64,000 bases of DNA, taken from positions 17,396-81,395 of the forward strand of contig JANRKF010000013.1 in NCBI GenBank assembly GCA_033763575.1, in the 5' to 3' direction. Below, piece after piece: positions 1 through 7,308 of the stretch. The notes below the pieces were generated by a model. That model did not search any database and had not been told where the DNA came from. It saw only the letters and a list, made by a program, of their open reading frames with translations. The first letter of the stretch is position 1, and each line of letters opens with the position of its first letter. The DNA is from Alphaproteobacteria bacterium. Lineage in GTDB: Bacteria > Pseudomonadota > Alphaproteobacteria > Rickettsiales > SXRF01. The position numbers were made by a program, and so were the translations under genes.

Positions 1-1455
1 TTTAATGCGCCCGCCGATGACACCACCGAGGAGGGTAAAATTTCGCTCTACCGGCAGGGTGAGGGCGAGGGGGCGTTTATTGACCTTTGCCGTGGCCCGC
101 ACGTGCCGAATTTTTCGCATCTTTCGCCTGCCTTCAAGCTCATGCGCGTGGCCGGGGCCTATTGGCGGGGTGATGCTAAAAACAAACAGCTCACCCGTAT
201 TTACGGCGTGCAGTTCGCCACCGAGAAAGAGCTGAAACAATATCTGCTGCAACTCGAAGAGGCCGATAAGCGCGACCACAGGAAACTAGGGCGGGAGCTG
301 GATTTATTCCACATCGAGGAGCATTCGCCGGGCATGATTTTCTGGCACGATAAAGGCTGGACGATTTACCGTATCCTGGAAAATTTCATCCGCGATAAAA
401 TCCGCGCGAAGGGCTATATCGAAGTGAAAACGCCAATTCTTGTGGATCGCAGCCTGTGGGAAGCCAGCGGCCACTGGGAAAAATTCCGCGAAAATATGTT
501 TGTGGCGCCGAGCGATGAAGATAAATTCCTCGCCGTGAAGCCGATGAACTGCCCCTGCCACGTGCAGATTTTCCGCCAAGGCCTCAAAAGCTACCGCGAC
601 CTCCCATTACGCATGGCCGAATTCGGCACCTGCCACCGCAATGAATCGAGCGGCAGTATGCACGGCATCATGCGCATTCGCGGCTTCACGCAGGATGATG
701 CGCATATTTTCTGCACCGAAGACCAGATCACGTCGGAGACCATCGCCTTCTGCGAGTTGCTGATGGAGGTTTACAAGGCGTTCGGGTTTACCGAGGTGCA
801 GGTGAAATTTTCCGACAGGCCGCCGGTGCGGGCGGGCAGCGATGAAACATGGGACAAGGCCGAGGCCGCGCTCAAGGAAGCGGTCATGGCGGCGGGGCTG
901 GAATATACGCTCAACCCCGGCGAGGGCGCTTTTTACGGCCCGAAGCTGGAATTCGTGCTGCGTGACGCCATCGGGCGCGATTGGCAGTGTGGCACGCTGC
1001 AGGTGGATTTCGTGCTGCCGGAGCGGCTGGACGCCAACTATATCGCCGAGGACGGCAACAAGCGCCGCCCGGTCATGCTCCACCGTGCCATTCTTGGCTC
1101 GCTTGAACGGTTTATCGGCATATTGATCGAGGAATATTCGGGCAAATTCCCGCTGTGGCTCGCGCCTGTGCAGGTGGTGGTCGCGACCATTACCGATGCC
1201 GCCATTCCTTATGCCGGAGAGGTGCTGGCCAGGCTCAAAGCCGCCGGAATCCGCGCCGAGCTGGACGACCGCAACGAGAAGATCAACTATAAAATCCGCG
1301 AGCATAGCCTCCAGAAAGTCCCGCTCATCTTCGTTGTCGGGGCGAAAGAGGCCGAGGGCGGCATGGTCAATATCCGCAAGCTCGGCAGCGAACAGCAGGA
1401 GCTGGTTGCGCTCACCGACGCCATCGCGGAATTGCAGGCGGCGACCCGCCCGTAA
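1..1455 (+). CDS. thrS: threonyl-tRNA synthetase, 5'-truncated by window edge
   Basis: Frame-1 ORF is open to the window edge ([21 protein letters not shown]...). ThrRS class II core motifs are readable ([43 protein letters not shown]), plus the C-terminal anticodon-binding domain. The ATG at 103 is internal. Confidence 0.95.
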   Translation, partial: FNAPADDTTEEGKISLYRQGEGEGAFIDLCRGPHVPNFSHLSPAFKLMRVAGAYWRGDAKNKQLTRIYGVQFATEKELKQYLLQLEEADKRDHRKLGRELDLFHIEEHSPGMIFWHDKGWTIYRILENFIRDKIRAKGYIEVKTPILVDRSLWEASGHWEKFRENMFVAPSDEDKFLAVKPMNCPCHVQIFRQGLKSYRDLPLRMAEFGTCHRNESSGSMHGIMRIRGFTQDDAHIFCTEDQITSETIAFCELLMEVYKAFGFTEVQVKFSDRPPVRAGSDETWDKAEAALKEAVMAAGLEYTLNPGEGAFYGPKLEFVLRDAIGRDWQCGTLQVDFVLPERLDANYIAEDGNKRRPVMLHRAILGSLERFIGILIEEYSGKFPLWLAPVQVVVATITDAAIPYAGEVLARLKAAGIRAELDDRNEKINYKIREHSLQKVPLIFVVGAKEAEGGMVNIRKLGSEQQELVALTDAIAELQAATRP

Positions 1456-1558
1456 TTTCCTATAAAAATACTGTTTTTTGCTGTTGACTTCATAACTCTC
1501 TTGAATTAGCTTGCGCATCCCAAAAGACCGAATTTTAACTGGAAAACTTGAGTACGCT

Positions 1559-2020
1559 ATGTCAACCTATTCTGCTAAGCCTAAGGAAGTAACTAAGAAA
1601 TGGCTTGTGATCGACGCTGAAGGCGTGGTCCTTGGCCGTCTTGCTTCGGAAGTGGCGAAATTGCTGCGCGGCAAACATAAAACCATCTTCACCCCGCATA
1701 TCGATACGGGTGACAATGTGGTGGTTATCAATGCCGACAAGGTGAAAATCACCGGCAAAAAACTCACCGACAAGGTGTATTACCGCCATACCGGCCACCC
1801 AGGCGGCGTGAAAAGCGCAACGCCGGAATTCATTTTGAACAGCGCCTATCCTTCCCGCGTGCTGGAAAAAGCCGTTGAGCGCATGTTGCCGAAAGACAGC
1901 CCGCTGGCGCGTGACCAGTTTGCCAAGCTGCGTGTCTATGCCGGTGCCGAGCATCCGCATATCGCACAAAATCCTGAAATATATGACTTCGCGAAAAAGA
2001 ATCCTAAAAACAAGAGATAG
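1559..2020 (+). CDS. rplM: 50S ribosomal protein L13
   Basis: [30 protein letters not shown]...[10 protein letters not shown] is a typical L13 sequence. The start at 1559 fits the family N-terminus better than the ORF-track start at 1511. Confidence 0.93.
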   Translation: MSTYSAKPKEVTKKWLVIDAEGVVLGRLASEVAKLLRGKHKTIFTPHIDTGDNVVVINADKVKITGKKLTDKVYYRHTGHPGGVKSATPEFILNSAYPSRVLEKAVERMLPKDSPLARDQFAKLRVYAGAEHPHIAQNPEIYDFAKKNPKNKR

Positions 2021-2025
2021 AGACC

Positions 2026-2553
2026 ATGGCCACTGAGAAAAAAGCACCTGCGAAAACCGCTGCGACCAAAGCTCCTGCTAAAGCTGCCGCCCCAAAGGCG
2101 AAAGCGGCCCCCAAGGCACCTGTTGCGGCAAAACCAAAAGCGCCTAAGGCGGCCAAAAGCAAAAATGTTGCGCTGGCTTATGGCACCGGTCGCCGTAAAT
2201 CGTCGGTGGCGCGTGTGTGGCTGAAACAGGGTTCCGGTAAAATCACCGTGAATGGCCGCGACCTCGAAGTATATTTTGCGCGCCCGGTGCTGCGCATGAT
2301 CATCAACCAGCCTTTCGCGACCATTGATCGCATTGGCAACTATGATATCGAATGCACCGTTGAAGGCGGCGGCCTTTCCGGCCAGGCCGGTGCGGTTCGC
2401 CTCGGCATCAGCCGTGCGCTTGACCTGCATGATGAAACCTACCACAGCGCACTGCGCAAGGGCGGCTTCCTCACCCGCGACAGCCGCGTGGTTGAACGTA
2501 AGAAATACGGCCATAAAAAAGCCCGCCGTTCCTTCCAGTTCAGCAAACGTTAA
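2026..2553 (+). CDS. rpsI: 30S ribosomal protein S9 with Ala/Lys/Pro-rich N-terminal extension
   Basis: The C-terminal ~130 aa is a typical S9 ([46 protein letters not shown]). It lies 5 nt after rplM, the conserved rplM-rpsI operon order. Confidence 0.93.
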   Translation: MATEKKAPAKTAATKAPAKAAAPKAKAAPKAPVAAKPKAPKAAKSKNVALAYGTGRRKSSVARVWLKQGSGKITVNGRDLEVYFARPVLRMIINQPFATIDRIGNYDIECTVEGGGLSGQAGAVRLGISRALDLHDETYHSALRKGGFLTRDSRVVERKKYGHKKARRSFQFSKR

Positions 2554-2673
2554 TCGTTTTATCTCGCTATTACCGCTATTTCCCGGCGCATTGCCGTGCT
2601 GCAACCAGTGTTTGCATCGCGCTGCTTTTGCTGTATAGTTTTTTCCTCTTTTTCAATTTAACAGTGAGCCATT

Positions 2674-3390
2674 ATGAGCAATCAGGATAACCATCTACTC
2701 GAAACCATCAAAGCGGTACTGGTGCCGATTCACCCGGCGGGCTGGATGTTTGTCGCCATTTTTGCCGTGACCACACTGGTCCTCGGCCTGCTTTCTACCG
2801 CATTCCTGTGGATCGGCCTGATTGCGACCGGCTGGTGCCTGTATTTCTTCCGCGATCCGGTGCGGGTCACGCCGATCCGCGAAGGGCTGATGGTGAGCCC
2901 GGCCGATGGCGTGGTGCAAAAAATCACGAATGTGGTGCCACCGGCGGAGATGATGCTGGGAAGCGAGGAGCGTGTGCGCATCAGCATTTTTCTGAATGTT
3001 TTCGACGTGCATGTGAATCGTATTCCGATGGAAGGAAGTGTCACCAAGATGCATTACCATCCGGGCCGTTTTTTCAACGCGTCGCTCGATAAGGCGAGCG
3101 AAGAAAACGAGCGTCAGGAAATCACCGTCACCATGCCGGATGGCGACAAATATGGCGTGGTGCAGATTGCCGGGCTGGTGGCGCGGCGCATTTTATGCGA
3201 TTTGCATGAGGGCGAATCGGTGCGCACCGGCGAGCGTTTCGGCATCATCCGTTTCGGCAGCCGCGTTGACATCTACCTGCCGGTGAGCGCCATTCCGATG
3301 GTGATCGAAGGCCAGCGCTCCGTCGGCGGCGAGACCATCATCGCCGACCTGAAAAGCCGCGAAGATGCAAGGGTAGGGAACAAGCATTGA
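2674..3390 (+). CDS. psd: phosphatidylserine decarboxylase proenzyme (short type)
   Basis: N-terminal TM helices, then the FLNVFDVHVNR, IAGLVARRI and FGSRVD (G-S self-cleavage) motifs typical of short-form Psd. Confidence 0.85.
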   Translation: MSNQDNHLLETIKAVLVPIHPAGWMFVAIFAVTTLVLGLLSTAFLWIGLIATGWCLYFFRDPVRVTPIREGLMVSPADGVVQKITNVVPPAEMMLGSEERVRISIFLNVFDVHVNRIPMEGSVTKMHYHPGRFFNASLDKASEENERQEITVTMPDGDKYGVVQIAGLVARRILCDLHEGESVRTGERFGIIRFGSRVDIYLPVSAIPMVIEGQRSVGGETIIADLKSREDARVGNKH

Positions 3391-3391
3391 T

Positions 3392-3805
3392 ATGCATCAA
3401 GGTACATGGATAGAAAAAATAATGATAATGAAGCACGATCTGTTCACCTATGCAGCGGTGCATGCGGAGTCTGAGTACGTATCTATGATAAATGTAGCGC
3501 TTGAGAAATGTGACAAAGATTGGGAAAATACCAGACAAGCCTTATATGAAATAGCTAACACCCAACAACTCGACCTGGACGGCAATCTGCCGGATCTGGA
3601 TGAGCTGATTCCACGTTATCCTGCGTTGGAATCCCTCAAACAGATCGTCGCTCTCCATGCTCGTTTTTTTCAGCAAACACCAAGTTCTGAGGTAGTACCT
3701 CCCGATGCATCTTTTTCTCCACCCAAGCCGCTTGGCAGGTGGACGGCAGAACAACTTTTTTCTCCGGCTGACCCCGCAGCCATCGATCGTTCACGCGACA
3801 ACTAA
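3392..3805 (+). CDS. hypothetical protein (orphan ORF between psd and pssA)
   Basis: 137-aa ORF starting 1 nt after the psd stop. It is visibly AT-richer than its neighbours and has no recognisable motif. Confidence 0.4.
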   Translation: MHQGTWIEKIMIMKHDLFTYAAVHAESEYVSMINVALEKCDKDWENTRQALYEIANTQQLDLDGNLPDLDELIPRYPALESLKQIVALHARFFQQTPSSEVVPPDASFSPPKPLGRWTAEQLFSPADPAAIDRSRDN

Positions 3806-3810
3806 CCCCC

Positions 3811-4572
3811 ATGCCCACCCCACACAAACCGCGCCTGCGCGAACAGCCGATCAGCCGGATTTTCCCGAACATGATTACGCTGGCGGGCATGTGCTGCGGG
3901 CTGTCGGCGATTCGTTTTGCCATCGGCGAGCGCTGGGAGCTGGCGGTGGCGTTCATCATCGCGGCGGCGATCATCGACGGCATGGACGGGCGGGTGGCGC
4001 GGCTGCTCGGTGCGACCAGCGAGTTCGGCGCGCAGCTTGATTCGCTTTCCGATTTTGTGTGTTTCGGCGTCGCCCCAGCGCTGGTGATGTATATCTGGCT
4101 GCTGCATGATATTCGCGGCATCGGCTGGGCGGTCACGCTGTTTTACGTCATTTGCGCGGCGCTGCGGCTTGCGCGGTTCAACACCGCGCTCACCAACACG
4201 CCCAAATATCCATGGAGCAACCAGTTTTTCACCGGCGTGCCGTCACCGGCGGGCGGGATTTTATGCCTGCTGCCGATGATCTTTTTCCTGCAAATAGGTG
4301 AAGAGCTTCAGCTGACGCCGGCGCTGGTGGCGGTGCATGTGGTGATGGTAGGAGCGCTGATGGCCAGCCGCCTGCCGACATTTGCCGGAAAAAACCTTCG
4401 CATCCCGCACGAGCATATCCTGCCGTTCATGATCGGAGCGAGCTTCCTGATGGTGCTGCTCATCATCGAGCCGTGGCTGATGATTTCAGTGTTTGGTATC
4501 GCCTATATTGTGTCGATTTATTTCAGCATGCGCCGCTACCGCAAGCTTGCCCGCGCCGATGAAGGCAAGTGA
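3811..4572 (+). CDS. pssA: CDP-diacylglycerol--serine O-phosphatidyltransferase
   Basis: CDP-alcohol phosphatidyltransferase signature DGMDGRVAR...GAQLDSLSD and multiple TM segments. It is the pathway partner of psd. Confidence 0.85.
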   Translation: MPTPHKPRLREQPISRIFPNMITLAGMCCGLSAIRFAIGERWELAVAFIIAAAIIDGMDGRVARLLGATSEFGAQLDSLSDFVCFGVAPALVMYIWLLHDIRGIGWAVTLFYVICAALRLARFNTALTNTPKYPWSNQFFTGVPSPAGGILCLLPMIFFLQIGEELQLTPALVAVHVVMVGALMASRLPTFAGKNLRIPHEHILPFMIGASFLMVLLIIEPWLMISVFGIAYIVSIYFSMRRYRKLARADEGK

Positions 4573-4767
4573 TGCCGGTTTACATTATTTGCAAAGAATG
4601 ATAGCACATCGTGCTGCGGGCAGTGGAATAAGGGAGTGGCCGCTGCGCCCCCCGAAGCCTTAGCGAAGGCGGAAGTCTTGATCCAAAGGGCACGAAGCCA
4701 GTAGGCCAAGTGTCAAAACAGTCGTAGGTTGGCGTGATTTTTTAACGCCGAAAGGCAAATTTTATGT

Positions 4768-4809
4768 GGAAGAGTGGCCGAGTGGTTTAAGGCAGCAGTC
4801 TTGAAAACT
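4768..4809 (+). pseudogene. tRNA-Ser 5' half (fragment A): acceptor strand through anticodon loop
   Basis: GGAAGAGTGGCCGAGTGGTTTAAGGCAGCAGTCTTGAAAACT is identical to the intact tRNA at 4911 except for two nt in the acceptor strand. Similarity stops 3 nt after the anticodon loop. Confidence 0.85.
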
Positions 4810-4823
4810 AGTGCCAAAGGTAT

Positions 4824-4872
4824 GGAAGGGTGTCCGAGTGGTTTAAGGAACCGGTCTTGAAAACCGGTGAAG
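4824..4872 (+). pseudogene. tRNA-Ser-like 5' fragment B (acceptor strand to anticodon arm)
   Basis: GGAAGGGTGTCCGAGTGGTTTAAGGAACCGGTCTTGAAAACCGGT carries a complete anticodon arm with TGA but no T arm or 3' acceptor strand. Confidence 0.75.
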
Positions 4873-4910
4873 TTGGAGTGATTTTTTAACCCGGATTTGG
4901 GTAGCGATAT

Positions 4911-5000
4911 GGAAGCTTGGCCGAGTGGTTTAAGGCAGCAGTCTTGAAAACTGCCGAGGGGGCAACTCCTCCGTGAGTTCGAATCTCACAGCTTCCGCCA
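4911..5000 (+). tRNA. tRNA-Ser (anticodon UGA), intact
   Basis: The cloverleaf folds by hand: acceptor GGAAGCT/AGCTTCC, anticodon arm GCAGT-CTTGAAA-ACTGC, long variable arm, T arm GTGAG-TTCGAAT-CTCAC, discriminator G and an encoded CCA. Confidence 0.9.
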
Positions 5001-5437
5001 CCACCCAGTTCGAATGCCAAAAACGTCCATGGGACAATTCTGGGACAGTTCAAAACAACAGGTGGCAAAAAATGAAATATAATATTCCCACTTCCAGTTA
5101 AGCATCACATGAGCCAATGTAATCCTGATCCTATAACAGGAGGAAATATGTACGAACAGATATGTTATGAGTCACCATTCTTAAAAGAAGTCGTTGTACG
5201 CATTCTCGATAAGCGGTACAAACTTGAAACCGTCATCAAATGGGTAGCAGAAGTAGATCCCCGTGCACCAGAAAAGAAGCGCGGAAGACCCCGTAAGGCA
5301 AAGATTTAACTCAATAATAATACCTGCTCCTCGCAATGCTGTTGTGGAAGGGATATTACTGATCACATAGATCAATACACTGCTCCGTATCCAGCAATAT
5401 TGCTGGGTTTTACGCAACACACTACGGAGCAACACCT

Positions 5438-5656
5438 ATGGACACGAACGATTCACCCAAGCAGCAAACGCGCCTCATCCCCGTCACGAAGTGGAATGAA
5501 TACCATCAATGGCCACCCGTCGGCGGGATGCGTCATCTCATCTTTTTTGCGAAAAAGAACGGCTTTGAAAAAGTCATCCGCCGCTGCGGTCGGCGCGTGC
5601 TGATTGACGAAGCCGCGTTCTTCGCATGGATGGAGGAGCAAAATGCAAAACGCTAA
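5438..5656 (+). CDS. excisionase/AlpA-like helix-turn-helix DNA-binding protein
   Basis: 72 aa. VTKWNEYHQWPPVGGMRHLIFFAKKNGFEKVIRRCGRRVLIDEAAFFAWMEE resembles excisionase-family DNA-binding domains. It sits next to the tRNA attachment site. Confidence 0.55.
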   Translation: MDTNDSPKQQTRLIPVTKWNEYHQWPPVGGMRHLIFFAKKNGFEKVIRRCGRRVLIDEAAFFAWMEEQNAKR

Positions 5657-5914
5657 ATTCAGACAGGTTGCTGCGCGGGCTGGATATAATTGCTCGCCAC
5701 CTCGAGCGCATGGGAGATTTGCTTATGAGTAAAATCCCGATGCAGCCATGGTATCCTGATGCGCATATAGGCGCGCCATTTCGCTAGATTCAGCGTCCAG
5801 ATATTCATTTCGTTTCGCAAGTATTGGGATGAAATGTTGGATTTGCTGGGCTTCCAGCTGATACGCACCCGCCCAAAAAGCGAAATGCGGGGTGGTGCAA
5901 ACTACGCAGCGAAA

Positions 5915-6253
5915 TCAGTATTCGCTGGCGAGCATGATTGTCAGCACTCGTGTGGTGTTGTGGTTGTCGGAGGGGTCATCCGCGCCGAAGCACAAAGTGT
6001 GGTCGTAATAGTCGATTTTCCAGAAAAACGTGCACGATCCGAACATAATCCGACCGAAATCATGTTCGCGGTGTGGATCGTTGTCATCGGTGAAGTCATC
6101 AAATTCCGAAACGGCACGGAATAATTTCTCGCGTGTGGTATCGGGCAGTTCCTGCACCCCCTGTGTCATCATCACCTTGCCACCCCAGAACGTCTGCCGG
6201 AACCGATCATTCAGCGCCGCAATCTGTTCGGCCTTGTCCATCATTTGCTGCAT
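5915..6253 (-). CDS. DUF3768 family protein
   Basis: LNDRFRQTFWGGKVMMTQGV...FDDFTDDNDPHREHDFGRI...FFWKIDYYD matches my recollection of DUF3768, a family common on plasmids and ICEs. Confidence 0.55.
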   Translation of the reverse strand: MQQMMDKAEQIAALNDRFRQTFWGGKVMMTQGVQELPDTTREKLFRAVSEFDDFTDDNDPHREHDFGRIMFGSCTFFWKIDYYDHTLCFGADDPSDNHNTTRVLTIMLASEY

Positions 6254-6356
6254 ATTTCCTCCATAAAAAACAGCTGGTTACTGTCTCAAGGGGATAACAA
6301 GCTGGCAGCTGCAATCAATAGTCTTTTTGATGGAAGTACAGGTGGTTAGATAATAT

Positions 6357-6417
6357 TAGTATATTCTATATGCAGAAAACTCGTAAAAATCTAGTTTATT
6401 ACATATAGAATATACTA
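6357..6417. promoter_or_regulatory. perfect 16-bp inverted repeat (TAGTATATTCTATATG / CATATAGAATATACTA); putative AbiEi operator
   Basis: Arms at 6357-6372 and 6402-6417, 29 bp apart, in the AT-rich gap upstream of abiEi. Two further degenerate copies lie near 6442-6454 and 6489-6501. Confidence 0.55.
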
Positions 6418-6501
6418 TGCGCCTTGCAAATAGGCATTAGTTAGTATATTGTATCCGTAGATAACAACTAAAAACAAAGTTTTCTACAGGTAGAATATAT
6501 C

Positions 6502-7308
6502 ATGCTCGTTAACCAGATAGAATTAAGCTCCAAGGCTTATTTGGCCAAGGTAGTTCAAGCTGCTGGCAGCGTCATCTCAATAGAAGATGCCGCCGCTGCT
6601 TTGGATATTGATAATGTCGCGGCAAGCAGGCGTCTTTCTCTCTGGTCGCAACAGGGGTGGCTACGGCGAATCAAGAGAGGCATGTACACCCCCATTTCGA
6701 TTGCATCTGGCGGCGGCGAACAGGTGGTGGAAGATCCTTGGGTTCTAATTCCTGACTTATTCGGAGATGCCTACATAGGCGGATGGAGTGCTGCCGAATA
6801 TTGGGAACTTACAGAGCAAATTTTTCGGGGAATATGTGTATTCACTACAAAACAGGTTCGTGAGAAAGAGGAAGTTATTCAAGGCATCACTTTCGTTACA
6901 AGGCAAATCAAACCAGAAAAATTGTTTGATCTGAAGCCTGTGTGGAGAGAGCAAACGAAGGTTTTTATCTCCAGCCCAGAAAAAACAATCATCGATATGT
7001 TGGATACACCAGAAATCGGTGGTGGAATCCGCCATATCTCAGACTGTCTAAAAATATATCTGCAGCGTGATAAAGCAGATGTAGCAGCATTGATAAAAAC
7101 AGCGCTGCAGCAGAATAATGGCGCTGTCCTGAAGCGCCTCGGCTTTTTGTTAGAGAGAATTGGCTCAGATGAATCAGTGCTCAATACTCTCCGCGAACAG
7201 TTAACCCAAGGAAATGCAAAACTTGACCCCGCGCTTAACTGCCCAAGGCTAATCAGTCGCTGGCGTTTGCTGGTGCCAGAAAATTGGCTGGAAGGTGATA
7301 GAGCATGA
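6502..7308 (+). CDS. abiEi: AbiEi-family type IV antitoxin / transcriptional regulator
   Basis: N-terminal winged-helix segment (ISIEDAAAALDIDNVAASRRLSLWSQQGWLRRIKRGMYTPI) typical of AbiEi. A 4-nt ATGA overlap links it to the downstream AbiEii gene. Confidence 0.8.
   Translation: MLVNQIELSSKAYLAKVVQAAGSVISIEDAAAALDIDNVAASRRLSLWSQQGWLRRIKRGMYTPISIASGGGEQVVEDPWVLIPDLFGDAYIGGWSAAEYWELTEQIFRGICVFTTKQVREKEEVIQGITFVTRQIKPEKLFDLKPVWREQTKVFISSPEKTIIDMLDTPEIGGGIRHISDCLKIYLQRDKADVAALIKTALQQNNGAVLKRLGFLLERIGSDESVLNTLREQLTQGNAKLDPALNCPRLISRWRLLVPENWLEGDRA

Noticed and set aside
1484-1512. Sigma70-like promoter for rplM-rpsI (TTGACT, 17-nt spacer, TAGCTT).
   Set aside because: The -35 is good but the -10 matches only 3/6. 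This is not enough to report as a feature without transcription-start data.
607-1518. Long ORFs antisense to confidently assigned GC-rich genes. Examples: 607-1518(-), 1936-2604(-), 23206-23943(-), 25396-26100(-), 27345-28283(+), 29534-30304(-), 36795-38435(+), 38269-39075(-), 38684-39448(-), 41462-42217(-), 44755-45372(-), 52743-53618(-), 53748-54746(-), 56655-57578(-).
   Set aside because: Each lies fully within, and opposite to, a gene with clear family motifs. Their products are Arg/Gly/His/Pro-rich low-complexity sequence, typical of shadow ORFs in GC-rich DNA.
4636-4700. GGGAGTGGCCG...GGAAGTCTTGATCC as a fourth, older tRNA-Ser 5' fragment.
   Set aside because: The spacing between the D-arm-like and anticodon-like pieces is about 15 nt too long, and identity is low. 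It is indistinguishable from chance by eye.
5029-5082. Mini-ORFs MGQFWDSSKQQVAKNEI* (5029-5082) and MGHWWDTRAQNLTNFDNRAQNA* (15783-15851) as remnants of an integrase N-terminus.
   Set aside because: They are too short to assign, and the similarity between them is confined to the TGGGACA dimer. They are reported as possible recombinase-binding repeats instead.
5109-5309. 66-aa ORF ending in an AT-hook-like KKRGRPRKAKI.
   Set aside because: No RBS or family signature. The internal MYEQICYESPFLKEVV resembles the N-terminus of a longer family, so it may be a fragment. Evidence is insufficient to call a gene.
5659-5868. 69-aa minus-strand ORF downstream of DUF3768.
   Set aside because: The product is Trp/Arg-rich and unprotein-like. 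Another frame reads more plausibly (HFAFWAGAYQLEAQQIQHFIPILAKRNEYLD...) but lacks a start codon. It is probably a decayed gene remnant, and I cannot support either call.
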